A stretch of 64,000 nt of DNA, taken from the NCBI GenBank assembly GCA_001600695.1, contig BCKQ01000005.1:1119939-1183938 (forward strand), written 5' to 3'. Made by a program: the position numbers and the translations under genes. Below, piece after piece: positions 31,727-44,701 of this stretch (within the stretch, counting starts at the first letter, position 1; each line of letters opens with the position of its first letter). The notes below the pieces were generated by a model. That model was not told the DNA's origin. It searched no databases and saw only the letters and a program-made list of their open reading frames with translations. This DNA comes from Ascoidea asiatica JCM 7603. Taxonomy: Eukaryota > Fungi > Ascomycota.

Positions 31727-34700
31727 ATGGACTCGGATAAAAATAAACTTATAAATTCAAGCTCAAAAAGTTCAAAATTACATGATCCAAAAGATATAGA
31801 AACTGCAATATTAGAGCATTTTACTCCAAAAACTTCTGCTTCAGAATCAACGGAATCTCCAACTTCTAGTACAATTCATTTAAATAAATTAACTGATTTG
31901 CCTGATTCTGATTTTAATGAACAAGATCATTTATCTTCAATTTCTCCAATGTCTTTAGTTTCTCCAATATGTTCAATCAGTAACGACGATTTGAATATGA
32001 CAATTCAATCTCCAATTTATTCAAACTTAAGTAAAATCAATAAAAATAATAATCCTAGTAATATTAATATTATCAATCATAATAAAAAAAGTAAAATTGA
32101 TAATGAATTTGATAAACTAAGCAATAAAAATGATAATGAATTCAATATTTCAAATAAAAATAAAAATTTAATCAAAAATGATAACAAAGATGAATTTTCG
32201 AACTCAATTTCTTCTTCATTATCATCAAAAATTATTTCACATTCAATTCCATCTACTTTATCCTCACAGTCTTCCTCATCATCATCATCATCTTCTTCTA
32301 AGTCTTCATCATCTTCTTCAACCACTTTTAAAAACTCTTTAAATTCTTCTAATACAAATCAAAATTTAAATAAGACTAAAATTAAAAATAAAGCTAAAAT
32401 TGGAAAAATTGGGGTTTGTGCAATGGATACAAAAGTTTTGAGTAAACCCTGTCGTCATATTTTAAATAGATTAATTCAAAATAATGATTTTGAAACAATT
32501 ATTTTTGGTGATAAAGTTATTTTAGATGAACCTATTGAAAATTGGCCAACTTGTGATTTTTTAATATCTTTTTTCTCGAATGGTTTTCCACTAAATAAAG
32601 CAATTAATTATCTTAAATTACGTAATCCATTTGTAATCAATGATTTGATTATGCAAAAAGCTTTATGGGATAGAAGATTAGTTTTGAAATTATTAAATAT
32701 TGCAAATGTTCCAACTCCTGAAAGATTAGAAATTTCAAGAGATGGTGGTCCAAGAATTAATATTGATCATGATTTAAAAAAAAAATTACTTTCAAAAGGT
32801 ATAAATTTTGATAATGACAATGATAAATATAAAGATAAAGATAATAAAATTAAAATTCCTGATTGGGAAATGGTTGATGATGATACTCTTAGAGTTAATA
32901 ATCAATATTTGAAAAAACCATTTGTTGAAAAGCCTGTTGATGGTGAAGATCATAATATTTACATATATTATGCTAAAAAAAATGGAGGTGGCGGAAGAAA
33001 ATTATTTAGAAAAATCGGTAATAAAAGTAGTGAATTTGATCCAAATTTATCAAGTATCAGAACCAATGGTTCTTATATTTATGAAAAATTCATGGATGCT
33101 GATAATTGTGAAGATGTTAAAGCATATACTGTTGGGCAAAATTTCTGTCACGCGGAAACAAGAAAATCTCCTGTAGTTGACGGTATTGTTAGAAGAAATC
33201 CTCATGGTAAAGAAATTAGATTTATAACAAATTTATCTGATTTTGAAAAAGATATTGCAAGAAAAGTTTCTAAAATTTTTGATCAAACTATTTGTGGATT
33301 TGATTTATTAAGAGCAAATGGTAAAAGTTATGTAATTGATGTTAATGGATTTTCTTTTGTTAAAGGAAATTATGAATATTATGATAATACTGCTTTAATT
33401 TTAAGAAATATATTTCTTGAAGCTAAAATCAAAAGGGATTTACAAAGAAATATGTCTGCTTCCAAAAATCTACGCTTACCACCAATGGAAGAAAAACATC
33501 AAAAATGGGTTTTCAAAGGTTCTGTATCTATTATCAGACATGGTGATAGAACTCCAAAACAAAAGATTAAGTATTCTTTCAGATCTCGTTTATTCATAGC
33601 GCTATTAAAAGGTTATAAAGAAGAAGTTATAATTAGAGCTGTACCAGATTTAAAAATTGTTTTAGCTGCTTTAGAATTAGCTCAGCAACAACAATATGAA
33701 GATCCTATAAAAGTTGAACATTTAGCTGTTACTTTGGCTAAAAAAATTAATTTTCCAGGTACTAAAATTCAATTAAAACCTGTTTTAAGCAAAGAAACAA
33801 ATGAAGTTGAAAAAGTTCAATTTATTTTGAAATGGGGTGGAGAACCTACGCATTCTGCAAGATATCAAGCCGCGGATTTAGGTGAAAATTATAGGCAGGA
33901 TATCAAATTATTAAATAGAGAAGCTATAAGTCATGTTAGAGTTTATTCTTCTTCTGAAAGAAGAGTATTAACAAGTGCTCAGATTTGGGCTTCTGCGTTT
34001 TTAGATTCAGATAGTTTACCAGATGATTTCTTAAGAATTAGGAAGGATTTATTAGATGATTCTAATGCTGCAAAAGACTTGATGGACAAAGTTAAAAAAA
34101 AATTAAAACCGTTATTAAGGCAAGGTGTTGAACCACCAAAACAATTTGCATGGCCTTCAAAGATGCCAGAACCATACATTGTAATAAGAAGAGTTGTTGA
34201 ATTAATGAATTATCATCATAATATCATGGAATACAATTTTAAATACAAAGATGTCAATGAAATGCAAAAAAATTGGTGTTGTGGTGAAGATCCTTTTTTA
34301 TTCAAGGAAAGATGGGATAAATTATTCAGTGAATTCATGACTTTTGAAAAGCTAGACCCTTCGAAAATTAGTGAATTATACGATACAATGAAATACGACG
34401 CTCTACATAATCGAAAATTTTTAAGAAATATCTTTTCTCCAGATTTAGATACATTTTCTGGTGATCATGAACTGAAAATCTTAATGAATGATTTAAATTC
34501 TCCAAGTTTAGTCAATGAATATCCTATCAATGTTCTTGCAATGAATAATTTCAAATTACCTAGTGATTCTTCGAAATTTTCAACTCTTCTGACATCTGCT
34601 TCTTCTTCGACTTCAACATTGTCTAAAATTCCTTTAAAAGCACTGCCTCAAACTGGAAATAGTAATATTGAAGCCTCATCTCCTGGAGGAAATTCCATAC

Positions 34701-35419
34701 TTTCCAATAATAGCATTGAAAAGGAATCAGATGAGTATACTTCTGTTGGATCTTTGGGTTGGGTTTTGAGATCTGGAAATAGAAAAACTTCAAGAGATAT
34801 AACATCCTCACCTTTTGATGATCCCAAATTCAGTAAGCTTAGAGAATTGTATAAATTAGCAAAAGTCTTATTTGATTTTGTTTGCCCTCAAGAATATGGA
34901 ATTGAAGATAATGAAAAATTAGATATTGGTTTATTAACTTCCTTGCCTCTAGCCAAAAGAATTGTTCAAGATATTACTTCAATGAGTGAAACTGATAAGT
35001 CAGAAATTGTCACCTATTTCACAAAAGAGTCTCATATCTATACTCTATTAAACATTCTTTATGAATCAAAGCTTCCAATGAGAATAGCAAGGAATGCATT
35101 ACCTGAGTTAGATTATCTATCACAGATTGTATTTGAGCTATATGAAAGTGCAGATAATATTTCTGGAGCTAAAAAGCATTCAATAAGATTGTCATTATCT
35201 CCAGGCTGTCATACTCAGGATCCTTTAGATATTCAGTTGGATGACAAACATTATATAAGTAATATTCCAAAAATATCACTCACAAGACATTTAGATATTG
35301 ATTTAGTTACCCAAAAATTAAAATCAAGATTCTCCAGAGTCTCATTACCCAAAAAATTTATTCCTGTTAATATCACTAGTCCTTCAGTAGCCACATTAAC
35401 TGATAAGGTTGCCACCTAG
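31727..35419 (+). CDS. VIP1: Inositol hexakisphosphate / PP-InsP5 kinase-phosphatase Vip1 (PPIP5K)
   Basis: IGVCAMDTKVLSKP, KPFVEKPVDGEDHN, CGFDLLR, VIDVNGFSFVK; acid-phosphatase motif RHGDRTPKQK. Confidence 0.97.
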   Translation: MDSDKNKLINSSSKSSKLHDPKDIETAILEHFTPKTSASESTESPTSSTIHLNKLTDLPDSDFNEQDHLSSISPMSLVSPICSISNDDLNMTIQSPIYSNLSKINKNNNPSNINIINHNKKSKIDNEFDKLSNKNDNEFNISNKNKNLIKNDNKDEFSNSISSSLSSKIISHSIPSTLSSQSSSSSSSSSSKSSSSSSTTFKNSLNSSNTNQNLNKTKIKNKAKIGKIGVCAMDTKVLSKPCRHILNRLIQNNDFETIIFGDKVILDEPIENWPTCDFLISFFSNGFPLNKAINYLKLRNPFVINDLIMQKALWDRRLVLKLLNIANVPTPERLEISRDGGPRINIDHDLKKKLLSKGINFDNDNDKYKDKDNKIKIPDWEMVDDDTLRVNNQYLKKPFVEKPVDGEDHNIYIYYAKKNGGGGRKLFRKIGNKSSEFDPNLSSIRTNGSYIYEKFMDADNCEDVKAYTVGQNFCHAETRKSPVVDGIVRRNPHGKEIRFITNLSDFEKDIARKVSKIFDQTICGFDLLRANGKSYVIDVNGFSFVKGNYEYYDNTALILRNIFLEAKIKRDLQRNMSASKNLRLPPMEEKHQKWVFKGSVSIIRHGDRTPKQKIKYSFRSRLFIALLKGYKEEVIIRAVPDLKIVLAALELAQQQQYEDPIKVEHLAVTLAKKINFPGTKIQLKPVLSKETNEVEKVQFILKWGGEPTHSARYQAADLGENYRQDIKLLNREAISHVRVYSSSERRVLTSAQIWASAFLDSDSLPDDFLRIRKDLLDDSNAAKDLMDKVKKKLKPLLRQGVEPPKQFAWPSKMPEPYIVIRRVVELMNYHHNIMEYNFKYKDVNEMQKNWCCGEDPFLFKERWDKLFSEFMTFEKLDPSKISELYDTMKYDALHNRKFLRNIFSPDLDTFSGDHELKILMNDLNSPSLVNEYPINVLAMNNFKLPSDSSKFSTLLTSASSSTSTLSKIPLKALPQTGNSNIEASSPGGNSILSNNSIEKESDEYTSVGSLGWVLRSGNRKTSRDITSSPFDDPKFSKLRELYKLAKVLFDFVCPQEYGIEDNEKLDIGLLTSLPLAKRIVQDITSMSETDKSEIVTYFTKESHIYTLLNILYESKLPMRIARNALPELDYLSQIVFELYESADNISGAKKHSIRLSLSPGCHTQDPLDIQLDDKHYISNIPKISLTRHLDIDLVTQKLKSRFSRVSLPKKFIPVNITSPSVATLTDKVAT

Positions 35420-35735
35420 TTGTAAAAAAAATATAAAATACAAATTTGGATAAATCATTTTTTTAATAATATTTAATTTTTTTTATTATATTATACTTTT
35501 TAATTTTTTTTAAAGTTTTTCTCTTTTTTAAATTGACTCTTCTGGGAGTTGATTTTTATATTATAATATTACATTTTTCAATAATACATTTATATACAAA
35601 AAAAACCATAGAGATTTACATATTAATAAATATTCCTTACTACAACTTATTCTATGAACAAAATAGATTTAAAGGTTTTTCTTCAAAGAAATGAATCTAT
35701 AAATTTTACTTGTATTACATTTCTAATATAAATAA

Positions 35736-38663
35736 CTATGAAACTTGAAAAAAATTTATGACGGAGGAAGAAGTCTTTATTAGCTCATCAAGCTTTTTAG
35801 ATTTGACTTCATTTATGGAAAATAATCTTTTGAATATTTCTTGCAACTCTAAATCGTCATTTAATTTGGCCCAGATCATATCAGAGTGATTTTTCATTAA
35901 CATATTGATTAAGGCTTCATATAAGTCAAAGTTCATATTTGATTCCAATCCTTGAGCCATGGCAATGGCAAAACGTTTGATTTCTGTTAAAGACTCGTCA
36001 ACAGTATCTAAGGATTTAATTTCAAGATCCATTTTTGATGGAGAGTACTTTATTAATAATTTTAAGAAGGGATTGAAATCATGAGTTGGAGATTCTGAGC
36101 ATACCCTTAAGGATCTTGTAAATTCAGATTCAAAAGCCAAAGGATCACTGTTATCAAGTAATCTACTTTTCTTTATTTCAGCATCCTCAGAATTATTACT
36201 CACCGTATTTTCTTTGTCTTTAGCATTTTCCTTCTTATCATCAACATCATACAAAAAAAAAGGGGCCTTTTCAGGTTTTTTAGGGGGTTCTTTAGGTTTA
36301 TTTCTTTTTTTTATAGTATCTATATTCATCAATGTGCCGAACTTTGTTCTTGGGCCCATTGATAAAGTCAATAAATCTTTACTAATTTGCTCGATAGAAG
36401 AATAATTTCCTATTACACTATCATCAATTGTCTCAACATTGTCATCTAATGCAGAACTTATTATACTTAAACCCCCGTCTGATGTATTATTTGGAATATC
36501 AATTAGCTTGAATTCTTCTTCTGAAGTTGCATGAACTGATATTGGCTTAAACTGTGCTTTGTTATTCCAGAGAGAAATTCCATTTCCATTCGCATGAATT
36601 GTGGCCAAAAAGTCTCCATTGGGAGAAAATTTTATTCCTGTTATGAGATTGGTAGTTTTAAACCCATCGATACAATTTCCAGTTGGAAGATCCCAGACTC
36701 TTAATGTCGAATCCAAAGAAGCAGAAACAATCCATCTACCATTTGGAGAGAAATCCAAAGAAGTGATTCTATTACTATGACCAACTAATTGACGAATAAT
36801 TCTTTGAGTTTCAAAATCAATCACAATAATTGACAAATCATCTAAGGCTAAAGCAATCAAATCTGAAACAGGATTATAAATAGCTAATGTCACTGGTGAA
36901 TCAAGATTGATTTTGTTTAAATATTTTGATTGAGTGAAATTATAAAAGCCAATGTAACCATCTAAACTTGTAGAGCACATTTTACTATTCATAGAATCTA
37001 TAATTATACCAGTTACAGCATTTTTATGAAGATTGAATTTTTTCCTTAATATTCCACTTTGAAGATTATAAACAGAAATCAAACCATTCGAGGAACCAAT
37101 AAAAGCAAAATTACCACAAGATGAAACTTTAACAGATTTTGCATAACCTTCATCGTTGGTTGATAATTTCCATTTTCCAAGTCTTTTTGATTTAAAAGAC
37201 CAAGTTCTTGCAAACGTTTCATCTTTATGAGCAGTAAGAATATTTTCCCAACTATTTTCTTTGATAGAATTATAATCTAAATCTATAATTTCACCACATT
37301 TAGGAATACTTGAGGTTTTTTTATTTTTTGAAGCAGATGGAGGCTTTTGAGAAAATTCTTGATTTTGAGCATCTTTTCTTAAAGAAAAAGACCAAAAAGT
37401 TCTATCAGAAGAAGCAGAAAGAATAAAGTGAGTACTATTGTTATTACTATTATTATTTACAAATCGAATAGTTGTTGGAGGAGATGAGTGACCAGCTCTT
37501 GATCTTAAATGTCTTGGAGGAGGAATTATAACATTTTCATTATCATTAGAATTAGGATCAGCATTGTTATTAGATAAAGGAGGATCAAAAATGAATTCCC
37601 TTAGATGATTGTCATTACCATTTGTTACAAATATAGGTTGACCATTCAAAAACTTTACATTTGAAACACCCCCATGAGCTTGTTTATGTATATGAGAAAG
37701 GAAATGAATTTGTTTAAATGAATCTAAATTGAATATAGATAAACTACCATTTTTGAAAGATATTAAAAGATGATTGAAACCATCATTTCTAAAAGATAAA
37801 GAAGTTATAGAATTTCCAGAATTATAAGATTCAATGATTTTTAATACTCTATCTTTTTTAAAATTATAAAAAATTACATTTCCTTTAGATGTACCAATTG
37901 CAATAATGTCTAAAGCAGAAGAATTTTCAACACAAGTAAATTGACCATATGTTTGAGTATCTATAAGATTTTTTTTAGTAAAAATTAATTTTAAAGTTTT
38001 TATATTGTAAATTAATAGAGAATTGTTTGAAGTTATTATGATGATTTTATTTAAGAAAGTTGGAGGATGAATTATTTGAAGTATTGAATCATTATTTTGA
38101 GTGTTAGTTTCTGATTGAATATCAGAAAAATCATTGGATAGAATTGGATTTAAATTGATTTTCGAGTAGAATTTTATTGGCAATTTGGAAACTTCAGTAT
38201 CTAAAGGCTTTTTGAATAAATATATTTGATTATCAATAGAGGAGGAAACTAAATAATCCCCAAATTTTAAAAGAGTGTTTAGGTTTGATTTTGAGTTCAA
38301 GTTTTTTTCAGATTCACAGGTCAAAGTATGCAAAACTCTTCCTCTTTTATAAATTGCAATTTTATTAGAAAATGTTAAATAAATATAATGAAAATTTGCA
38401 AAAAGATTTGTAATTGGAGAAGGAGTTTGATTCTGAGAAACAAATAATAAATTTAAGTTAGAGGCATCATATATTTGAAAAGAACGACCAATGGATGTTA
38501 CTATGTAAAAAGTGGAACCTAAAGAACCAATTGCAAATGGAATTTGATTAGTGACATTTCCTATTGATCTAAATGGGGAAAATATTTTAGATGAAGCAAC
38601 AACAGTTTGAGGTTTTGCTTCGCTCACAACTTTTCTTTTCTTGGCCAAATTTATCTCTGACAT
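35736..38663 (-). CDS. UTP21: U3 snoRNP WD40 protein Utp21
   Basis: SKIFSPFRSIG, PPPRHLRSRAGHSSPP, WD repeats and IKKRNKPKEPPKKPEKAPFFL. Confidence 0.96.
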   Translation of the reverse strand: MSEINLAKKRKVVSEAKPQTVVASSKIFSPFRSIGNVTNQIPFAIGSLGSTFYIVTSIGRSFQIYDASNLNLLFVSQNQTPSPITNLFANFHYIYLTFSNKIAIYKRGRVLHTLTCESEKNLNSKSNLNTLLKFGDYLVSSSIDNQIYLFKKPLDTEVSKLPIKFYSKINLNPILSNDFSDIQSETNTQNNDSILQIIHPPTFLNKIIIITSNNSLLIYNIKTLKLIFTKKNLIDTQTYGQFTCVENSSALDIIAIGTSKGNVIFYNFKKDRVLKIIESYNSGNSITSLSFRNDGFNHLLISFKNGSLSIFNLDSFKQIHFLSHIHKQAHGGVSNVKFLNGQPIFVTNGNDNHLREFIFDPPLSNNNADPNSNDNENVIIPPPRHLRSRAGHSSPPTTIRFVNNNSNNNSTHFILSASSDRTFWSFSLRKDAQNQEFSQKPPSASKNKKTSSIPKCGEIIDLDYNSIKENSWENILTAHKDETFARTWSFKSKRLGKWKLSTNDEGYAKSVKVSSCGNFAFIGSSNGLISVYNLQSGILRKKFNLHKNAVTGIIIDSMNSKMCSTSLDGYIGFYNFTQSKYLNKINLDSPVTLAIYNPVSDLIALALDDLSIIVIDFETQRIIRQLVGHSNRITSLDFSPNGRWIVSASLDSTLRVWDLPTGNCIDGFKTTNLITGIKFSPNGDFLATIHANGNGISLWNNKAQFKPISVHATSEEEFKLIDIPNNTSDGGLSIISSALDDNVETIDDSVIGNYSSIEQISKDLLTLSMGPRTKFGTLMNIDTIKKRNKPKEPPKKPEKAPFFLYDVDDKKENAKDKENTVSNNSEDAEIKKSRLLDNSDPLAFESEFTRSLRVCSESPTHDFNPFLKLLIKYSPSKMDLEIKSLDTVDESLTEIKRFAIAMAQGLESNMNFDLYEALINMLMKNHSDMIWAKLNDDLELQEIFKRLFSINEVKSKKLDELIKTSSSVINFFQVS

Positions 38664-38824
38664 TATAGAGAAAAATTAGAAGTTCTAATATTTTAAAATA
38701 TTTATCTTCGGCTAATTCTATAACTGCTAATTCAGATATTTTCTTAATCGATTTCAAACTTCAATGAAAAATAAAATAGATTTTGAATCTTTTCATTTTT
38801 ACAGTTTTTCATATTTAAATTTTT

Positions 38825-38834
38825 AAATTTTTCA
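38825..38834 (-). promoter_or_regulatory. RRPE element upstream of UTP21
   Basis: TGAAAAATTT on the minus strand, about 160 bp upstream of the ATG. Confidence 0.6.
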
Positions 38835-38938
38835 GTCGCAAATTTAAAAAAAAAAAAATTAAACTCAGACCGGAATTCAAATAGAAAAAGGAAAGATGAC
38901 CGGACTTTTACCGGAATAATAAAGGTTTAATTGGGTTT

Positions 38939-38947
38939 TCACGTGAC
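38939..38947. promoter_or_regulatory. Cbf1-type site TCACGTGAC in the UTP21/VAM6 divergent promoter
   Basis: Exact RTCACGTG match on the minus strand. Confidence 0.55.
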
Positions 38948-39198
38948 GCTCGCATTCCTTAATAAAGGGAATTTGGCTCTCCGGTGCTGGTGAGGTATTA
39001 TGGTTAGACATTGTAATTAGTATGGGAGAAGTTAAAATCAACAATTAGGACAATTATTTGTTCAACAATACGCTTGCATTTGATTTAAACGATCAATTCA
39101 TGAAAATAATTATATCTAAAGAACTAAGAATTTAAATTAAACAATATATCTGTTCAAGACTTGTATCGCTTTATAATGAGGATAACTTCAATTGCAAA

Positions 39199-42100
39199 AT
39201 GATCAATGTATTAAGTCCTAATTCGTATATAGACTTGGAGTCTATGAAAGCCAAAGTAACTGGATTAGTTGTGGTTTATGATCAGTTGGTGGTTACTTTG
39301 AATAATTCCTCATTATTAGTTTTTGAATTGAATTCTAATTTACTAAATCAGAATGATTCTGATTTTCTTAATGTTAATAATTTAAGTACTAGTACGAATG
39401 ATATTAGTGAAATTAGTAATGGTAGTCCAAATAACAATAGCTCAGAGGATATAGATAATAGTACTAGTGACATAAATATACTGTCTTCAAATATTGAAAA
39501 TCAAAACCAAAACCAAACTCTTAATTCAGAAGAAGAAGAAGATTTAGAATTGGATAGACAGGTAACTTTACATTCAATTTCAGATTCAATTTCTATTCAT
39601 AATGCTTCATCTGCAAATTTATCTCAAAATCCAAAACAAAATAAATTACAACCTCAGAAACCAAGTATGGTACCTAGAAAATCTGTAAGTTCTGTATCTT
39701 CAATTAAGTCAATTCATAATTCTTTAAAAGGAAACTCAAATTCAAGTCAAAATCACAATATAAATAAAAAATGGTTTCAATTTAAAAATTTATCAAAATT
39801 AAAATTAATTCAATCTTTCAATGATTTTTTCAAAAAGCCAATAGATCAAATTGATTTTTTACCAGATTTGAATTATTTGATAATTTTATCTGATAATTTA
39901 ATTTCAATTTATCTATATAATAATACAAATTCAAACTCAATTCAATTAACTTTATTGTCCAATTTAAAAAATTCAAAAGGTGTAACTTTTTTCAGGTTAT
40001 CAAGTGCGCTTAAAAATAATTTATTAATTAATTCCCCAATTGAAAGACCATTAGATTCAAATCTTTTGATAAATAGTGATCATTATTTTAATTTCAATAA
40101 CTTTAATAATAAAGATAAAAAATCCAATAAAAATCATAATAGAAGTCCATTATCTAGACAAAATAGTTCTGGATCTTCTTCATCTTCAGATTCAAGTCAA
40201 TCAATGTCTGTATACTCTCTCAAATCCAATCAAACAAATGCTTATATGAAACTGAGATCTTCTACTTTTAATTCGGATAATAATTCAACGTTATATAATG
40301 AGAAAAAAATGAATAATAATAGTAATAGAAATAGTTTGAAAAGAAGTTCAAATACTCAAGATTCTTTTCAATCTCAACAAAATAATAGTTCTTTTGCAGA
40401 AACTTCTTATTTGTTATATATTGTTAGAAAAAAGTTGTATATTCATTCCTGGTTTTTGAATTCCGAAGAAAATACTGAAAATGAAGTTACTTTATCTGAT
40501 AAAATTAAAACTTTTGAATTTATATCTTCTCATAAAATAATAATAGCCTTAGGAAATAAATATCAGGTATTGGATCTATTAACTTTAAAAATACTGTCAA
40601 TTGATCCACATAACTCAAATACCACTTCTACTTATAATTCCTCGACAATAAATCGTCCTCAAAATTCTTCTTCAACTTTCAATTATTTTTTTAATTCTTA
40701 TCAACCTCAATTTCAATTACTCAAAATTTCAAGAAAAAGAACTTTAATTTCCAAAGATTTTTCTTCTTTTAAAATTAGTAATAATTCAGCAAAAATTATC
40801 AAAGGTTCTCAATTACTTTGGAATACCATTCCAACTTTTTTAAACTTTTTTTTCCCCTATTTGATATTTATTCATAATAAATATATAGAAATTAGAGATT
40901 GTGATAATGGATTTTTAATTCAGCAAATTCCAGTTCAAAATATCAATAATTTATTCATAGATAATTTTAAGAAATTAATTTTTTTTTCTTCAGGCTCAAA
41001 TAATAAAATATATTGTTGTCATTTGAAAAGTTTTATAAATCAATTAAATCAACTTGAGAAATCAAGTTTATTAAATGAAGCAATCAACTTAACAATTCAA
41101 TTACCTTTAGAAATTTTACCTGATAAAATTTCAAGACTAAGACAATTACAAATCAAAAAAGCAATCAGGTTATTCAATGATAATAAATTTCAAGATTCAA
41201 TGTTAATTTTTAGTGAATACTTAGCTCCACCAAATTTGGTTATTCCATTATTTCCATCGTTTATTTCTATTCAAGTCGATGATTATTTTGATAATCAAAA
41301 ATTATCTTTTAATTCGAATTTCTCAAATACTCATAATGATGATTTTAGTCTTAATCCGTTAAATTTCAAGAACAGTAATCGTAATAATATTCGAAAAAAT
41401 TCTTTAAATTCAATCACAGTAGAATCATTGTCAATTATTCCTCAGTCATTTCATTCTTCAATGATAACTGGTGCTTTTAATGATGGAGGATCCGTTAGAT
41501 CCACTAATTTTGGTAATAATATGAGATCTCCTTTAAGAAGGCCGATGACACCATCACCATTGATTCATTCTACAACTGCTATTAATGAAAGTAGTGATAA
41601 TATCAGTATAAAATCTTCAATGTCAAATCTAAGATCAAATTCCTTTGCTTCATCTAGAAGAAATAGCATAGTGACAAATAGTAATGCATCAAATCTAAAT
41701 ATGACTATGAATCTGAATAGTAGTAATACAAGTATCAATAATTTGGGTGGATCAATGTTGAATTCACCTACTAGAACTTTATTAAAAGCCATCAAATATT
41801 TACTACCATATTTAGCAGATACTAGAAGAAAACTCAGTAAATTAATTAAAGAAACTGAAGAAGATAAAAAAAAATTGAATTCTAATCAGGAAAATATGGA
41901 AAATAGCATAAGAATAGAAGAAGAAGAATTATCAAGTATATTATGGAAAGGTATTCAAATTCCCAAAAATATATTTGGAGATTTATATAAAAGTGCAGAA
42001 TTAGTTGATACAACATTATTTAAATGCTACATAATTTCTTCACCAAAATTGATTGGTCCATTGGTTAGAATTAAGAATTATTGTAAATTAGAAACAGTTG

Positions 42101-42387
42101 AAAAAGAATTAATTCATAAAAAAATGTTTAGAGAATTAATTGATTTTTATTATGGTAAAAATTTACATGAAAAAGCATTAGAATTATTAGAGAAATTAGG
42201 TAAAGGAGAAAAAATTCAATATGGAGAAATGTTAGTTAAAATTAGTGAAAGTGATGAAAGTAGTGAAGAAGATCTCAATGATGATGAATTAATTGAAGAA
42301 GATAGTATTGATATAATAGAGCATGTTGATGGAAATGAAAATGGAATTGAAAATAGTACTCTTAATGATAATGTTAATAATAGTATC

Positions 42388-42422
<35 letters not shown>

Positions 42423-43827
42423 TGGTAATAATGGTGATAATATTAATAGAGATATCAATTTTAATAAGACTCAGAAAAATATTAAAGCTACTAAGGAAAA
42501 TGAATTCACTCCAATGTTAGTACCAAATAATTATAATTATTTAAATAATAAATTACTAAGAGGAACCAAACAAACAATAACTTATTTAAAAAAATTAAAT
42601 AATGATTCTATTGATATTATTTTAAAATATATTAAATGGGCAATATTAATTGATGAAAATAAAGGTATGGAAATTTTCCTAGATGAAACAGATGAAAGTG
42701 AATCATTGGATCGTAAGAAGATATGTGATTTTTTAATTGATACATTCAAAAATTATCCAAATGGGAAATTTAAAGCTATGATTTATTTAGAACATGTTAT
42801 TGAAGATTTAAATGATAAAACTAATGAATTACATACGAAATTAATTGAGATTTATATTGATTTAGTTATGGGAGAAGAAAGAGAAATTGGAAAAGAGAGC
42901 TTAAAAATCAAAGGTATTAAAAAAGACAATAAAATTAGTATAAAAAAAGCTTTCAAAAATAAAAGAGATGTTAATCAAAATATCATCCGTAATAATGAAT
43001 ATGATGATGAAGATGATGATGAAGATTATGAAGACGAAGATGATGATTATGATGATGAAAATGATGTAGAAATGGATAGAAAAGAAATAATATTCAATAA
43101 ATTAGAAATTTTTTTAAAGAATAGTAATTATTATAATGCATTAAAAGTATTAAAAATGTTACCAAATGAAAGAAGATTTTTAATTATGAAGACATTTGTT
43201 TATAAAAAATTAGGAGATCATAAAAAAGTTTTAGATATTTTTGTTTATGAATTAGAAGATTTTAATAGAGTTTCAAATTATTGTGATGAATTATATGAAG
43301 AAGATAATTTAATTGGTAAAAAATATTTACAAATTTTATTAGAAATGTATTTGAAACCAAAAGATTTAGGAAAAATCAATAAGAAACAAATTGAAGAAAA
43401 TATTTCAAATGGATTAAAATTATTAGATATTCAAGGATCAAGAATGTCAGCTAGTGAAGTTTTAAAAATTATTCCGGAAGAATTAAGTATAATGAAATTA
43501 GAATTTTTTTTAACATCTCAATTAAGATTATTAAATAAAAGAATTAATGATAGTAGAATTAGTGGATCATTAAGTAAAGTTAATTTAGTTAAAAATGAAG
43601 AAGAATTATTAAAATTAAGAAGTAAAAATGTTAAAATTACAGAAAATAGTATTTGTGAAGTTTGTTTAAAAAAAATAAGTCATTCAGTTATTGGATTTTT
43701 TGGTAATGGTGTAATTACACATTATGGATGTGCTAAAATCTATAAAGAAGGTTTAAAAACCAATAAGAAAAGTAATAATAATAAAGCTATACAAGTTAGA
43801 AGTTCTGAATTTAATAGAATCAGATAA
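39199..43827 (+). CDS. VAM6: HOPS subunit Vam6/Vps39
   Basis: CNH-like N-terminus; VDTTLFKCY...PLVRIKNYC, LIDFYYGKNLHEKALELL; C-terminal CEVCLKKI...HYGC zinc finger. Confidence 0.9.
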
Positions 43828-44393
43828 AATATATGAATATTATTGTTAATGGTTTTTTAAACAAAAACTTAAATTTTTTATCTTTTTTCATTTTTTTTTT
43901 TTTTCTTATTTCAGTTTAGTTAACTTTAGATTAATTTATCTCATTACTTTTTTTTTTTTTTTTGATTTCTTTATTGATTTCTTTTCCATTTCTTCCTGTT
44001 TTGTTGTTTTGTTTTCTTGTTCATTCATGCTCATAGTTTATATAACCATGGTTTAATTTCTAATATATTGATATAAAATGATACTATATAATCAACTAAT
44101 CTTCTATTCTATAGAATCATCAAATTCACCAGAATCAGTATAATTAAAAAAAAGCGGCGCAGAGACCATTATATTGGTACTAATGCATGGCACTGTTTGA
44201 TTGTGTAGAAGTAAATCCGGGGACTTTATTTAAACAAGTCCGCACATAATCGGATCCTTAAGAGCATCCGCACCGGAGAACTTAGCCAGTTTCAGCCACA
44301 GCAGCCACAGCAGCCTTGCACTTGCCTCTTCAGCCGCCTCGGCGAGAGAGTGGAGCTGTAATCCCAGCGATTGGAGGGAAGAGCGAGCACGAA

Positions 44394-44432
44394 CAATGCC
44401 AGCTCCAATGCCAGCTCCAATGCCAGCTCCAA
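44394..44432 (+). repeat. 12-bp tandem repeat CAATGCCAGCTC x3.25
   Basis: Read directly; lies in the GC island upstream of the GAG1-like gene. Confidence 0.9.
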
Positions 44433-44660
44433 GAGCTTGTGCCAGCAAATACAGCACAAGATACTGGGCGTGGATTGGCATTCTGGCAAAGAGACAGACA
44501 GGCAGACAGGCAGACAGGCAGAGAGGCACTCCGACAGAATAACGGAAAAGCTGACTATCGCTCACTGTGAGGGTCTGAGGAAATAAAAGAAGCTTTATTT
44601 CTACAGTAGCAGAGAACTCAGTTCCAGGAGATTTAGAAATAAGCTGGAGGCTGATATTCT

Positions 44661-44701
44661 TATCACTATCACTATCACTATCACTATCACTATCACTATC
44701 A
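44661..44701 (+). repeat. (TATCAC)n hexanucleotide microsatellite, about 7 units
   Basis: Read directly. Confidence 0.9.
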
